From NCBI GenBank assembly GCA_020161265.1, contig JAIUOC010000003.1, forward strand, positions 107,024-171,023: a DNA stretch of 64,000 bases. The letters run 5' to 3'. Origin of the DNA: Chloroflexota bacterium. Its GTDB lineage: Bacteria; Chloroflexota; Chloroflexia; Chloroflexales; Herpetosiphonaceae. The notes under the pieces were generated by a model. That model searched no databases. It worked only from the letters and a program-made list of their open reading frames with translations, and had not been told where the DNA came from. This document shows, one piece after another, positions 38,346-49,380 of the stretch. How positions within the stretch are numbered: the first letter of the stretch is position 1; the number at the start of each line of letters is the position of its first letter. Both the position numbers and the translations under genes were made by a program.

Positions 38346-39469
38346 TCTATGTTCTGGATAATTGCCTCGCGCATAGCCGAACCAACCGCTTCCCAGCGAT
38401 AACGTGCCGCAATTTCGACACTGCGTGCGCCAAAACGCCGACAGCGCTCAGGATCGCCGACCAATTTGATCAAGACGGTCGCCAGCTGATCAACCGTGCC
38501 TGGCTCAACCAAATAGCCATTGCGATCGTGCTCGATAAAATCGGGCATGGCTCCAAGGTTGGTTGAAACCACAGGCAGCCAATAATTCATGGCCTCAATC
38601 GTGACGATGCCAAATGGCTCAAGTTTGGTGGGCATACAAAAGACTGCGGCGCGTTGATAATACTGCGGCAATTGCTCAACCGGAATCCGCCCGATGACCT
38701 CAACTCCTGGCTGGTTGGTTTGTGGGTTTGCGCCGATGATCGTCAGGGTAGCGTTGGGATAAACCGCCCGTACTTGGGCGAAGGCTTGCAGCAATTCAGG
38801 GCCGCCTTTACGCTCCCAATCTATCCCAACATAGACAATATTTTGGCTGGCATAGCGGGCTGGATCAGGCGTTTCGCTGATGACCGGAGCATTGCTACCA
38901 GCGTAAACACAACGTACTTTGGCTGGGTCACAATGGTAATCTTCGACCAATGAACGTGAAACATGATTGGAACGTGTAAAGACTAAATTGGCATTTTGAT
39001 AAATAGTTGGCTCTAACTTCATCCATTCGGGGTGATAGAGCGAGGCCGGATTAAAGCCTGGATATTGACGATTTGCCAGCAAGGTATGGTCGGTATAGAC
39101 AAAATGGGGGATATTTGGCACGCTAGCATCAAATAATGATTGCATCTGAAAACTGAATAGATAGTCGTCATCGCGCAGTAAATCGGCAACTAAATGCTTG
39201 ACAGCACGAAAAATATAGCTGGTGATCAAAAAGGCATCTTTGGGGCCACGCCGCCGCATCGCCAAATCGCCAGCATATTGGCGTAATGTCCACCAGCCGT
39301 TTAATGCAACCAGTGCAGGCTTGCGCCGAATGATGGGAATTAAATCGATCTCACGGAGTTCATTTTCAGGGAATTGAGCACGCAGCGCTTCGGCGGTTCG
39401 CACATTCGCCAACGGCCAGCGCCCCTTACGAATAAAAGCAATTTTGGGAGCCACACGCACCTCCAGCAC
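38333..39469 (-). CDS. GT4-family glycosyltransferase
   Basis: GT-B C-terminal domain with E-x7-E (EPFGIVTIEAM); 378 aa. Confidence 0.8.
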   Translation of the reverse strand: MLEVRVAPKIAFIRKGRWPLANVRTAEALRAQFPENELREIDLIPIIRRKPALVALNGWWTLRQYAGDLAMRRRGPKDAFLITSYIFRAVKHLVADLLRDDDYLFSFQMQSLFDASVPNIPHFVYTDHTLLANRQYPGFNPASLYHPEWMKLEPTIYQNANLVFTRSNHVSRSLVEDYHCDPAKVRCVYAGSNAPVISETPDPARYASQNIVYVGIDWERKGGPELLQAFAQVRAVYPNATLTIIGANPQTNQPGVEVIGRIPVEQLPQYYQRAAVFCMPTKLEPFGIVTIEAMNYWLPVVSTNLGAMPDFIEHDRNGYLVEPGTVDQLATVLIKLVGDPERCRRFGARSVEIAARYRWEAVGSAMREAIIQNIEHRT

Positions 39470-39536
39470 AGATCACGACCGACAGTAACTCATGGCTACT
39501 GTCGGTCTGAATTGAGGATTTTATTGGAAAAAGCAG

Positions 39537-40565
39537 CTATTGATTTGGATTAATCACGGTTACATTATAGGTGAAGGAGCGGGTTTGCGAATTGACCACA
39601 ACATTGCTGATTGTGATGGTATAAGTTGTATCGGCGCTTGGCTGCGCCCAACTTGAGCTATGGTTGTAGCCTTGGGGAATCCAAACGATCGTATTTTCGC
39701 CCATATTAAAAGCAACTGTCTCTTTGGTAACCGGAATCGTGGTGTTGCCTTGGCGCATCGTAACAGTTGCATTCGTAAAGTTGCCATTATGCAACGAGAA
39801 TGACCAACGCCCAAAGACCACTTGGTAGGGTACGAAACCTTCGGGTGGCCATGGCACATATTCGGTGCGGGTGGCAGGTCTGGCCGTGCCAAAATCACTG
39901 GTGATCACGTAGAGTGCATTTGAGCCAGCATAGCCGCTACGGCTGGGTACATCGCCAGTCCCAATAGATTTATTTTGCGGGTATAGAATCCAGCGGCGGT
40001 GGCCAGCGGCACTATTGCCAGCCCCAGGATCAAGCATATAGCCCGTAATTGCACCTGGCCCAATTTGACCCAAATAGAGATTCGATTTGCCAGCGGCGGT
40101 TTTGCCAGCGGCGGTGTAGCACGCCCATGACGTTGGCGGGCTATGGCTCAGGCTATTGTTGCGGCTCATCATCAAGGCCGCTTGTTGGGCTTGGCTATTG
40201 TAGCTCTCGTTGAGGGTGACTGCGGCCATGCCCGCCATTTTACGAAAATAATTAACTCGCAACAGAATTGCATCGCGATAGGCTTGACTGGTTGTGCCAG
40301 CGTTACAACTGGCTTGGCTGCCAGTCCAGCCATCGGTCACGCCTTCGCTTGGCAAGTAGAAATTGGTATAGAAATTGACCACCGATTGGCGGTTATTGAT
40401 ATCAAGTTCAGGGTTCGACATCACAGCAGGCAGATAATTCATGCTGCCGCCAGCGATAGCTTGGGGTTCTTGGGCTGCAAGTGGGGCCACCAAGCCAAAT
40501 ACCAACAAACTTGTTACAACCAAACTGATCCAGCGGCTGCGCCGCCAAGGAGATGCCACCTGCAT
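39537..40565 (-). CDS. Secreted CAP/SCP/PR-1-like domain protein with C-terminal beta-rich domain (paralog 1)
   Basis: Signal peptide; CAP-like block (RVNYFRKMAGM...AQQAALMMSRNNSLSHSPP...GHRRWILYP). Confidence 0.7.
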   Translation of the reverse strand: MQVASPWRRSRWISLVVTSLLVFGLVAPLAAQEPQAIAGGSMNYLPAVMSNPELDINNRQSVVNFYTNFYLPSEGVTDGWTGSQASCNAGTTSQAYRDAILLRVNYFRKMAGMAAVTLNESYNSQAQQAALMMSRNNSLSHSPPTSWACYTAAGKTAAGKSNLYLGQIGPGAITGYMLDPGAGNSAAGHRRWILYPQNKSIGTGDVPSRSGYAGSNALYVITSDFGTARPATRTEYVPWPPEGFVPYQVVFGRWSFSLHNGNFTNATVTMRQGNTTIPVTKETVAFNMGENTIVWIPQGYNHSSSWAQPSADTTYTITISNVVVNSQTRSFTYNVTVINPNQ

Positions 40566-40640
40566 ACCATGCCTCCAGTGTAGTGAATTAATTAATGAAT
40601 TTTGACAAACATTTGGCAATTTGGCTATAGCCCATCCGCC

Positions 40641-41651
40641 CTAGCGACTTGGGTCAATCACGGTGACCTGATAGCTGAACGAACGAGTTTGGCCATTCTG
40701 CACCACATTACTCACATTCACAGTATAGGTGATATCGGTGGCAGGTGCTGGCCATGTAACGTAGCCTGTAACATCCCAAACAATTGTATTATCGCCGCTG
40801 CCACTGCTGCGCGAGACGATTGTCAGGGCTTGCGGTTGTCCACTCTTTTGCATCGTCACCACGGCATTGGCAAAATTGGCGTTGGGTAAGCTAAACGACC
40901 AACGTTTGTAGGCATTCATAAAAGGTACAAAGCCCGCTGGCGGCCAAGCAACATATTCGGTGCGGGTGGCAGGGCGTGGGCCAGTGTTGCCAACCACCCA
41001 CAAACTATTGGCATCGAGCGTGCCAGTTTGGGCTTTGACATCGCCTGTACCCATTTTGAGCGTCGGTGGATACAACAACCAACGTCGATGCCCAACGCTG
41101 GGCGTGTTGTCATCGGACATATATAAGCCAATCGCGCCAGTGCCATTGGCGGTTACCCCAGCCGCCAAATTCGATTTACCAGCGGCTTCTTTACCTTCAG
41201 CGGTATAGCAAAGCCAATTGCTGGGCGGATTATGATTGAGCGTGCGGTTGCGACTCATCATCAAGGCTGCTTGCTGAGCCTTCGCATTCAAAGCCGGATC
41301 AAACGTAACCGTGCCCATGCCAGCCATGCGCCGAAAATAGTTAATGCGGGCTAAAACTGTATCGCGGAAAGCTTGGGTGGTTGTGCCAGGCGTGCATGTG
41401 CTGGCATTGCCCGTCCAGCCAATATCGACTGCCATCGAGGTGAGATAATAATTTTGGTAAAAGTTCACCACCGATTGGCGATTGTGAATATCCAAATCGG
41501 CGTTAAACATAATGGCTGGTAGATAATTGGTGCTGCCGCCAGCCAAGGCCTGAGGTTCTTGGCCTGCTACTGAGCCAACCAAACAAAAAATCAGGGCGCT
41601 GACAATTAACCAGCGCCGTTTAGGCCGTAGCCAATACTGAATAACCTGCAT
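40641..41651 (-). CDS. Secreted CAP/SCP/PR-1-like domain protein (paralog 2)
   Basis: Signal peptide; RINYFRRMAGM...AQQAALMMSRNRTLNHNPP...GHRRWLLYP; colinear with upstream paralog. Confidence 0.7.
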   Translation of the reverse strand: MQVIQYWLRPKRRWLIVSALIFCLVGSVAGQEPQALAGGSTNYLPAIMFNADLDIHNRQSVVNFYQNYYLTSMAVDIGWTGNASTCTPGTTTQAFRDTVLARINYFRRMAGMGTVTFDPALNAKAQQAALMMSRNRTLNHNPPSNWLCYTAEGKEAAGKSNLAAGVTANGTGAIGLYMSDDNTPSVGHRRWLLYPPTLKMGTGDVKAQTGTLDANSLWVVGNTGPRPATRTEYVAWPPAGFVPFMNAYKRWSFSLPNANFANAVVTMQKSGQPQALTIVSRSSGSGDNTIVWDVTGYVTWPAPATDITYTVNVSNVVQNGQTRSFSYQVTVIDPSR

Positions 41652-41919
41652 ACACACTCCAAAAATACGCAACAATGATGCAGGGGTACTATCGCAGCCC
41701 TAGCCCAAATAGACCATAGCCCATTAGCCCTAATTTTTTACCTGTGATTAATGAAATCGAGCCATAAAAAATGCTTATACCAGTATGTCAGCCATATGTT
41801 GCCATTGCTGTTGGAATTAGTAATCGTAGATATAGTTGAACAAATGTTCTGATAATGCTATAGTAACGATCATTAATTCGAAGGTTAGTTCACATGAAAA
41901 GTATTGAGGAGCAGCAATT

Positions 41920-42480
41920 ATGGGAGCATCAGGCTGGACATATTTTGTCCCCTATCAAGCTGACTTACAAGCAGCCTTTGATCAATTACAAGCAGATGTA
42001 TTGGAGAGTGGCGATTTTAGTAAGGGCGGCGCATGGTGGGAAGGCTTGGCTCTAGAGGATTATCTTCCACCTGATCGGCTGAGTACTGACGATATTGAAA
42101 GCTATCGCCAAGAGCTTGAAGCTTTGCAAAGCCAAACGTATCCCACTACAATTGAGCAATGGTGCAAGTGGAATGAGCCTGATGGCACGCATTCGATCCT
42201 TGATATTGAGCGGGTTGTCATATCACCACCATGGACAAGTTACGAGGCCGATCCTGAGGCATGGCAGCAAGCCATGAGCGAACAGTTTGGGGTTGTTGTT
42301 CCAATGCCAGAAGCCCTACAAACCAAGATTTTTGGTACAACCCGACCGACCAAAGCCCAAATTATGGCGCAAGAGCATGCTGTTTCTAGTTACTGCGAGC
42401 GCTTTCAAGGCTTGATTATCACGGTTTATGAAAACGATTTGCCGTATGAATTGTATTTTATCGGCTTCTCTGGCGATTAG
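41920..42480 (+). CDS. Hypothetical protein (186 aa), no recognisable domain
   Basis: RBS GAGGAG 8 nt before the ATG; acidic Trp-rich sequence; AT-rich 5' region. Confidence 0.55.
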   Translation: MGASGWTYFVPYQADLQAAFDQLQADVLESGDFSKGGAWWEGLALEDYLPPDRLSTDDIESYRQELEALQSQTYPTTIEQWCKWNEPDGTHSILDIERVVISPPWTSYEADPEAWQQAMSEQFGVVVPMPEALQTKIFGTTRPTKAQIMAQEHAVSSYCERFQGLIITVYENDLPYELYFIGFSGD

Positions 42481-42542
42481 ATTTGGTTGGTAAACACAAA
42501 AGCTCTTGCCATATGCAAGAGCTTTCTCGGCTCAATAGTGAA

Positions 42543-43307
42543 TTAGGCTTGTAATAATTCAACCAGTTCAGCATGTACCGCGCCGTTGGTTGCCACCAAG
42601 CGATCAATCCATGGATTCCAGTCTGCGCCAGTCCAGGTGCTGAGTTTGCCCCCAGCTTCGGTCAAAATCACGGCGGCGGCGGCAGTATCCCAAGGCTTGA
42701 GGCCTAACTCCCAGTGGCCTTCGCTGCGCCCAGCTGCCACGTAACAAATATCCAAGGCGGCGGCTCCGCCACGGCGAATCGCTTGAGCTTTGAGCACGAT
42801 GCGGGTAAATTCGGCGATGTTGTTATCGGGATTGCTGCGGATTGTGTAGGGGAAGCCAGTGCTCAGCAAGGCGGCATCAACGGTATTTGTGCTAGTGACA
42901 TGCAATGGTTGATCGTTGAGCCAAGCGCCAACCCCACGCTCGCCGACAAAACATTCATCGCGCCATGGATCGTAGACCACGCCAATTGTTGGCTGGTTGT
43001 TGTGCAATAAGGCAATTGAAACCGCGAAGAATGGGAAGCCGTGGGCATAGTTGGTCGTGCCATCAAGCGGATCGATCACCCAACAATATTCGGCAGTCCG
43101 GCCATCGTCGCCCGATTCTTCGGCCACAATCCGATGATCAGGAAATTGTTCGCGCAGTTGGCTGACGATCAATTTTTCGCTAGCTAAATCGATATTGGTA
43201 ACCAGATCGATGGCGGCACTTTTATGTTGAATCTGACGCTCATTGCGTAATCCATCGCGCAGAATTTGGCCTGCGGCTTTGGCTATGGCAATCGCATGAC
43301 TTCGCAT
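42543..43307 (-). CDS. Inositol monophosphatase / SuhB family (ORF track extends to 43505)
   Basis: IMPase motifs: EES (AEESGDDG), WVIDPLDGT, and GG-x-AALD region. Confidence 0.85.
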   Translation of the reverse strand: MRSHAIAIAKAAGQILRDGLRNERQIQHKSAAIDLVTNIDLASEKLIVSQLREQFPDHRIVAEESGDDGRTAEYCWVIDPLDGTTNYAHGFPFFAVSIALLHNNQPTIGVVYDPWRDECFVGERGVGAWLNDQPLHVTSTNTVDAALLSTGFPYTIRSNPDNNIAEFTRIVLKAQAIRRGGAAALDICYVAAGRSEGHWELGLKPWDTAAAAVILTEAGGKLSTWTGADWNPWIDRLVATNGAVHAELVELLQA

Positions 43308-43326
43308 TTGTGGTATCCTTTGGGCT

Positions 43327-43746
43327 ATGAAAACTACGTGCTCTCGTCGTTGGCGACAGCGGCTCAATTGTACCATTGCTCTGCTTGTAAGCCCATGGCT
43401 GTTGATCGGCTGTGGCGCTGTTTCGCAACCGTTGCCAACCAGCAGTCCTGTTATCCCAACCCTGACGCAGGAGCCAACTATGACCAGCCAGCCAGTATCC
43501 GGCAATGCTCAAACCGTGATCAGTTTGCATCAAGCTCAATTTGCTACTCCAGCCGAGCAAATTAATGTGCTAATCGATGAAGCCCTAACGTGGCCCGCCA
43601 GTAATCTTGGTTGCGCCGATAATGGTGGCATCGGGCGGGCAGTGCTGACCCCAGGTTTCCGCGTGGTGCTTGAAGTTGCTGGCGTGCGCTATGCCTACCA
43701 TGCTGGACGTGATGCTCAATTCTTCTTGTGCAATACCCCTGAGTGA
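43327..43746 (+). CDS. Hypothetical lipoprotein (139 aa)
   Basis: Signal with lipobox LLIGCGA; 4-nt gap to following glycosyltransferase gene. Confidence 0.55.
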   Translation: MKTTCSRRWRQRLNCTIALLVSPWLLIGCGAVSQPLPTSSPVIPTLTQEPTMTSQPVSGNAQTVISLHQAQFATPAEQINVLIDEALTWPASNLGCADNGGIGRAVLTPGFRVVLEVAGVRYAYHAGRDAQFFLCNTPE

Positions 43747-43749
43747 TCG

Positions 43750-44958
43750 ATGCGAATTCTGTTTCTGACCCCATACCCAGCCTACCCAGCCAACAGCGGC
43801 GGTACGCAACGCATGTTTCAGTTGCTACGTGAGCTAAGCCGCCAGCATGAATTATGGTGCTTAAGCCTCTCGCCGAGCCACAGCGCTAGCGCCGCTGCTC
43901 AACCACTCAATCGCTATTGCCATTTAACGTTAATTCCTGCACCGCGCCGCAATTTAGCCCAACGCGCTTGGACGACCCTGACCTCGCCGCTGCCCGATAT
44001 GGCCTTGCGTGCGCCATCAGAAACATTTCGTTCGGCTTTGGCTAGTTTGCTCAACACCAATCGTTTTGATTTAGTGCAAGCTGAAAGTATCGAGATGGCG
44101 CAATATGCCTTGCAAGCGCAACGTTGGGGCATTCCAGCGACGCTTGATCAATGGAATGCTGAATATGTGTTGCAACAACGAGCCGCTCAAACCGATCGTC
44201 AACAGCCCAAGCGTTGGCATGCCGCGCTTTATTCGGCGATTCAATGGCGCAAATTGGCGCGCTACGAGCGCTTAGTTTGCAACCAGCTCGATCAAACCTA
44301 TGTGGTTTCGCCCGAAGATCGCACCATGTTGCAAAAAATTGGGGTCAAGAAAACGCTGCATGTCGTGCCGAATGGAGTTGATAGCCAACAATTCAGCCCA
44401 AGCATGCCGCGTGAGTACGATCCAAATACGCTGCTTTTTACTGGCAGCTTAGATTTTCGCCCGAATATCGATGCCCTGCGCTGGTTTATTCAGCAAGTGT
44501 TGCCTTTGATTCGGGCTGAATATCCTGCGGTCAAATTGATGATTGTGGGGCGTGCGCCAACTCCAGCAGTTCTGCAATTAGCCCAGCCTGGCGTGATCGA
44601 CATTATCCCAAATGTGCCGAGTGTGCAGCCCTATTTCAACCAAGCAGCAGTGTTCGTCTTGCCCATGCGCATGGGCGGCGGCGTGCGGCTCAAACTACTC
44701 GAAGCGTTAGCCACCGAAACTCCGCTGGTCTCAACCACGATGGGTGCTGATGGCGTAACAGGTTTAGTGCCCAACCAGCATTGTTTGCTGGCCGATACTC
44801 CTGCCGAATTTGCCCAAGCCACGCTCAAACTACTGCGCGAACGCCAATTTGCCCAAGGCTTGGCGATGGCCGCTCGCCGTTTCGTGGCCGCCAACTACGA
44901 TTGGCAGGCGATTACCGAGCGCTTGCAACAAGCGTGGGGCGAAATAAGTCATGGGTAA
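43750..44958 (+). CDS. GT4-family glycosyltransferase
   Basis: GT-B fold with C-terminal E-x7-E-like motif (RLKLLEALATETPLVST); 402 aa. Confidence 0.8.
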   Translation: MRILFLTPYPAYPANSGGTQRMFQLLRELSRQHELWCLSLSPSHSASAAAQPLNRYCHLTLIPAPRRNLAQRAWTTLTSPLPDMALRAPSETFRSALASLLNTNRFDLVQAESIEMAQYALQAQRWGIPATLDQWNAEYVLQQRAAQTDRQQPKRWHAALYSAIQWRKLARYERLVCNQLDQTYVVSPEDRTMLQKIGVKKTLHVVPNGVDSQQFSPSMPREYDPNTLLFTGSLDFRPNIDALRWFIQQVLPLIRAEYPAVKLMIVGRAPTPAVLQLAQPGVIDIIPNVPSVQPYFNQAAVFVLPMRMGGGVRLKLLEALATETPLVSTTMGADGVTGLVPNQHCLLADTPAEFAQATLKLLRERQFAQGLAMAARRFVAANYDWQAITERLQQAWGEISHG

Positions 44959-45041
44959 GACTCACTAAAAGAACTATAGACTGCTAGGAAACGAGCCACT
45001 ATACTCTGTCGTTGTGTCCCATCCTGATCTAGGGAGGACGT

Positions 45042-47120
45042 ATGGACCCACACCACGCCAGCGAACAGCCCACCGTTGCCCAGCATGCTAGCCTTGCTCG
45101 CCATGAATATGCCGCCGAAGCTGTTCAGCCCCAGTCTGATCGTGGTGGCTTGCTTGAACAGACGCAAACGATTCTGCGCCAAAACTTGCCCTTGGATATG
45201 CTGTATCGCCAAATTGTGACGGCGATTGCGCGTAGTTTTGCCAATAGCTTAATCAGCATTTACGCCGCCCACACCGATATTTTGCAACTGCAATGCCAAC
45301 ATGGTTTTGGACATAACCCTGAGCAACTGAGCTTTCAACAGGGCATTGTTGGGCGTTGCGCCCGCACCAAACAAGCTTATCTGATTGCCTATGTTGATCA
45401 AGACCCCGATTTTATTCGTAGCCATCCGCATATTCAATCGTCGATCTGTATTCCACTCTTGGCTGAGCAACAATTGCTCGGGGTATTGATGGTCGAAAGC
45501 ATTGTCGATACGCTGAATCAAGCTGATGCGGAAATTTTGGCAAAGGTTTGCCAGCAACTCAGTAATGCGATTGCTCAAGCAGCGCTTTGGCGGCCAAATA
45601 GCCTGATCGATCAACATTATCGGGCCATGCTCGATGCCATGCCTGATGGGATTGTGGTGCAACAGGCTGGCCGAATTGTCTATATTAATGCAATTGGGAT
45701 TGAATTGTTAGGCTTTGAGAATCGTCATCAACTGCTTGGGAGCGATCTCGCAGGCTTGCTCGAACAAACATCGAATACCATCCAAAAATTATTTGATCAA
45801 GCGATTACCACTAACCAAGCGCTGAGCCACGAACTGCAATATGATACAACCAAAACGCCAGAAATCCCCCTAAGGTTGACCATTATTCCCATAACTTTTG
45901 CTGGTAATACAGCGGTACAGATAGTAATTCGCGATCATACGGCCATCCAACAACGTGAAGCTGCCCAACAACTTGCCAACGAACGCGAAAAACGCAAAAG
46001 TCTTGGCCTGCTCGCCGGAGGCATCGCCCACGATTTCAACAATATTTTGATGGGCATTCGTGGCAATGTTAGCCTTGGTTTGCTCGATCTCATTCCGACC
46101 CACCCAATTTATCAGCAACTGCAAGAGATCGAAAAGCTCGCAATTCGAGCAACTGAGCTAACCCAGCAGATTGTCGCCTATACCGGAGGCAGCCTTTTTG
46201 TCAGTAGTACGGTCGATCTGAATGCGCAATTGCGTGAGCTAACCACGACGTTTAGTGAGCAGGCCCATCCAACGACCAGCATAACCTATGAGCTTGATGA
46301 CCAATTAGGGCTACTCAAAGGCGATGTCAATCAAATCCGCCAAATGATCTTGAGTATCTTCAAAAATAGTGTTGAAGCGATCGAGCATCGCTATGGAGCA
46401 ATTCAGATTACCAGCAAGCTCCAAACCTACACCCAAGCTCCACATACCGCTACTGGCTTACCCAAACTTGCGCCTGGCAGCTATCTCACCCTGAGTATTC
46501 GGGATAATGGTGTTGGCATGGATGCTCGCACCCAACGGCTGATGTTTGATCCCTATTTTAGTACCAAGTTTACTGGACGCGGCCTTGGTTTAGCCGCTGT
46601 TCTGGGTATGGTACGAGCGCATCATGGGTCAATTGCCGTGTGGAGCCAACCGCAAATGGGAACGGAGGTCACTGTGTTATTACCACCACATTCGATCTTA
46701 CAGCCAACCCCCGCAGCGCCGAACGAGGATGTTCATTCAGTTCATAATGTCGTGATGCTGATCGACGATGAACCAGCAGTTCGCACGGTTACTGAACGCA
46801 TGCTGCAACGTTTAGGCCTAACTGTTCAAGGATTTAGTGATGGTGAGAGTGCGATCAAGGTCTTTCGTGAGCATGCCCATGAATATCAATTGGTGCTGCT
46901 TGATTTGACCATGCCTCAATTTAATGGCATCGATACGGCCCATGGCTTGCGGGCCATTCGCGGCGATGTGCCAATTGTCTTGATGAGCGGCTATAGCGTT
47001 GATTCGATGCTCGACCCACTGTTGAATGATGGTTTGGCGGGTTTTTTGCAAAAACCCTTTACGCTCAGCGATTTGCAACGCACAGTCAATAGTGTTTCGG
47101 CCTTGAAAGCACGGAATTGA
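45042..47120 (+). CDS. Hybrid sensor histidine kinase (GAF, PAS, HisKA, HATPase_c, REC)
   Basis: H-box AGGIAHDFNN, N/G boxes (DNGVGMD; GRGLGLAAV), C-terminal receiver with DD..D and conserved K. Confidence 0.88.
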   Translation: MDPHHASEQPTVAQHASLARHEYAAEAVQPQSDRGGLLEQTQTILRQNLPLDMLYRQIVTAIARSFANSLISIYAAHTDILQLQCQHGFGHNPEQLSFQQGIVGRCARTKQAYLIAYVDQDPDFIRSHPHIQSSICIPLLAEQQLLGVLMVESIVDTLNQADAEILAKVCQQLSNAIAQAALWRPNSLIDQHYRAMLDAMPDGIVVQQAGRIVYINAIGIELLGFENRHQLLGSDLAGLLEQTSNTIQKLFDQAITTNQALSHELQYDTTKTPEIPLRLTIIPITFAGNTAVQIVIRDHTAIQQREAAQQLANEREKRKSLGLLAGGIAHDFNNILMGIRGNVSLGLLDLIPTHPIYQQLQEIEKLAIRATELTQQIVAYTGGSLFVSSTVDLNAQLRELTTTFSEQAHPTTSITYELDDQLGLLKGDVNQIRQMILSIFKNSVEAIEHRYGAIQITSKLQTYTQAPHTATGLPKLAPGSYLTLSIRDNGVGMDARTQRLMFDPYFSTKFTGRGLGLAAVLGMVRAHHGSIAVWSQPQMGTEVTVLLPPHSILQPTPAAPNEDVHSVHNVVMLIDDEPAVRTVTERMLQRLGLTVQGFSDGESAIKVFREHAHEYQLVLLDLTMPQFNGIDTAHGLRAIRGDVPIVLMSGYSVDSMLDPLLNDGLAGFLQKPFTLSDLQRTVNSVSALKARN

Positions 47121-47345
47121 GCTTGAGGATCGGGGATTGGGCAACTGATCCCCTTTTTAATCCACGAAGCGCACGAAGTTAAGTTTTTAGCCACGAATTG
47201 CACGAATTCCACCAATTATCCTCGCCAGACCCATGGCCCAATGCCAACGATTCAGCTCCGATCCCCAACCCCTATGTTCTTTGCTCTATGTTATATGTTC
47301 TCAACTTCATCCCTCATCCTTCATGTTAACCATCTCTTACACAAA
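47120..47345. repeat. Mosaic intergenic repeat element, copy F
   Basis: GATCGGGGATTGGG, CCACGAAGCGCACGAAG, TTTTTAGCCACGAATTGCACGAATTCC, CCGATCCCCAACCCCTATGTTCTTTGCTCTATGTTATATGTTCT, CATCCCTCATCCTTCAT. Confidence 0.85.
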
Positions 47346-47487
47346 ACTAACACTCCATCTATATTGTTCTAGTGGATGATCGGCTATACTCCATACACAG
47401 GTCGGGCAGTAAACGCCGCCTGTTCCAATAGCTCTGTAAACTCATTAGACATATCAATAAACACATTTTTTGGAGGATTAACCGCTA

Positions 47488-49367
47488 TGGCAAAGATTGT
47501 AGGGATCGACTTGGGGACAACCAACTCGGTAGTCGCTGTTATGGAAGGTGGCGATCCAGCGGTTATTGCAAACGTTGAAGGTGGTCGCACCACACCATCA
47601 GTTGTGGCCTTCTCGAAAAACGGCGAACGATTGGTTGGGCAAACTGCCAAGCGGCAAGCAACCGTCAACCCCGAAAATACTATTTTCTCAATCAAGCGCT
47701 TTATGGGCTTGGAGTTTGATAAAGCAAATCAAGAACGCAGCACCGTTCCATATGAAATTGTCAATGGCCCACGTGGCGATGCTCGGGTACGGGTTCCACG
47801 CACTGGCAAGGATTACACTCCCCAAGAAATTTCAGCTATGACCTTGCAAAAGCTCAAAAACGATGCTGAACAATATTTGGGCGAGCCAGTTCGCCAAGCG
47901 GTCATTACCGTGCCAGCTTATTTCAACGATGCTCAACGCCAAGCAACCAAAGATGCTGGCCAAATCGCTGGCTTGGAAGTATTGCGGATTATCAACGAGC
48001 CAACCGCTGCGGCTTTGGCCTATGGTCTCGATAAAAAGAACGACGAAACGATCTTGGTATTCGACCTTGGTGGTGGTACATTCGACGTTTCAGTGCTCGA
48101 AGTTGGCGATGGCGTGATTCAGGTTAAAGCAACCAATGGTGATACCCACCTTGGCGGCGATGACTACGACCATCGGATTGTTAAGTGGTTGATCGACGAG
48201 TATAAAAAAGATCAAGGCATTGACCTGACCAGCGACAAGCAAGCCTTACAACGCTTGAAAGAAGCTGCTGAAAAAGCCAAGATGGAACTCTCGACGACCA
48301 TGGAAACTGAAATCAACCTGCCCTTTATCACGGCAGATGCCAGCGGACCCAAGCACTTGGTCACCAACTTGACCCGCTCGAAGTTCGAGCAATTGACCGC
48401 TGATTTGACCGAACGGCTCAAAGGGCCATTCACTCAAGCGCTCAAAGATGCTGGCTTGAAGGCCACCCAAATTGATGAAGTGGTTTTGGTCGGTGGTTCA
48501 ACTCGGATGCCAGTGGTGCAAGAATTAGTACGCAAACTGACTGGCAAAGATCCGCATAAGGGTGTGAACCCTGATGAAGTTGTGGCAATCGGCGCAGCCA
48601 TCCAAGCTGGTGTGCTTGGCGGCGAAGTCAAAGATGTGCTTTTGCTCGACGTTACGCCATTGTCGTTGGGCGTTGAAACCCTTGGTGGGATCATGACCAA
48701 GTTGATTGATCGCAACACCACCATCCCCACCCGCAAATCCGAAGTATTTAGCACGGCGGCTGATGGCCAAACTGCGGTTGATATTCACGTTTTGCAGGGC
48801 GAGCGCGATATGGCTGGCGACAACATGACCTTGGCTCGTTTCCAATTGCAAGGGATTACGCCTGCGCCACGCGGTGTGCCACAAATCGAAGTGACCTTTG
48901 ATATCGATGCCAACGGCATTATCAACGTTTCGGCCAAAGATAAGGCTACCAACAAAGAGCAAAAGATCACGATTACCGCTAGCACCAACCTGAGCAAAGA
49001 CGATGTGCAAAAGATGGTGCGTGATGCTGAATCGAATGCTTCAGCCGACCAAGCTCGCCGTGCCAAGATTGAGCTGAAAAACCAAGCTGATAATATTGCT
49101 TATCAAGCTGAAAAAACGCTCAACGACCTAGGCGATAAGGTTGAGCCAAGCGTCAAGAGCCAAGCCGAAGCCCAAATTGCCGACTTGCGCTCGAAGATTG
49201 CCGAAGAAGATGATGCTGGGATTCAAGCTGCAATGGCTACCTTGCAACAAACCTTGATGAGCATTGGCGAAGCCCAGTACAGCGACCAAGCTGCTGCGGC
49301 TGGCGCACCTGCCAATGCCAAAGCCGCTGATGATGGTGTGGTCGATGGTGAATTCACCGTCGAGTAA
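47488..49367 (+). CDS. dnaK: Molecular chaperone DnaK (Hsp70)
   Basis: [17 protein letters not shown], and C-terminal substrate-binding domain; RBS GGAGG before ATG 47488. Confidence 0.97.
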
Positions 49368-49380
49368 ACCGCGCTTCGCT

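Noticed and set aside
43308-43505. 66-aa N-terminal extension of the IMPase ORF
   Set aside because: IMPase homologues start near MRSHAIAIAKAAG. The extension overlaps the divergent lipoprotein gene start region and has no homology.
47376-47487. Upstream extension of dnaK ORF ([16 protein letters not shown]...)
   Set aside because: DnaK universally starts M(A/G)[21 protein letters not shown] precedes the ATG at 47488.
47340-47487. CIRCE (HrcA) or HAIR (HspR) operator upstream of dnaK and htpG
   Set aside because: No TTAGCACTC-N9-GAGTGCTAA or CTTGAGT-N7-ACTCAAG-like inverted repeat was found in either upstream region by eye. Regulation is probably by another mechanism, or the site is outside what I can recognise.
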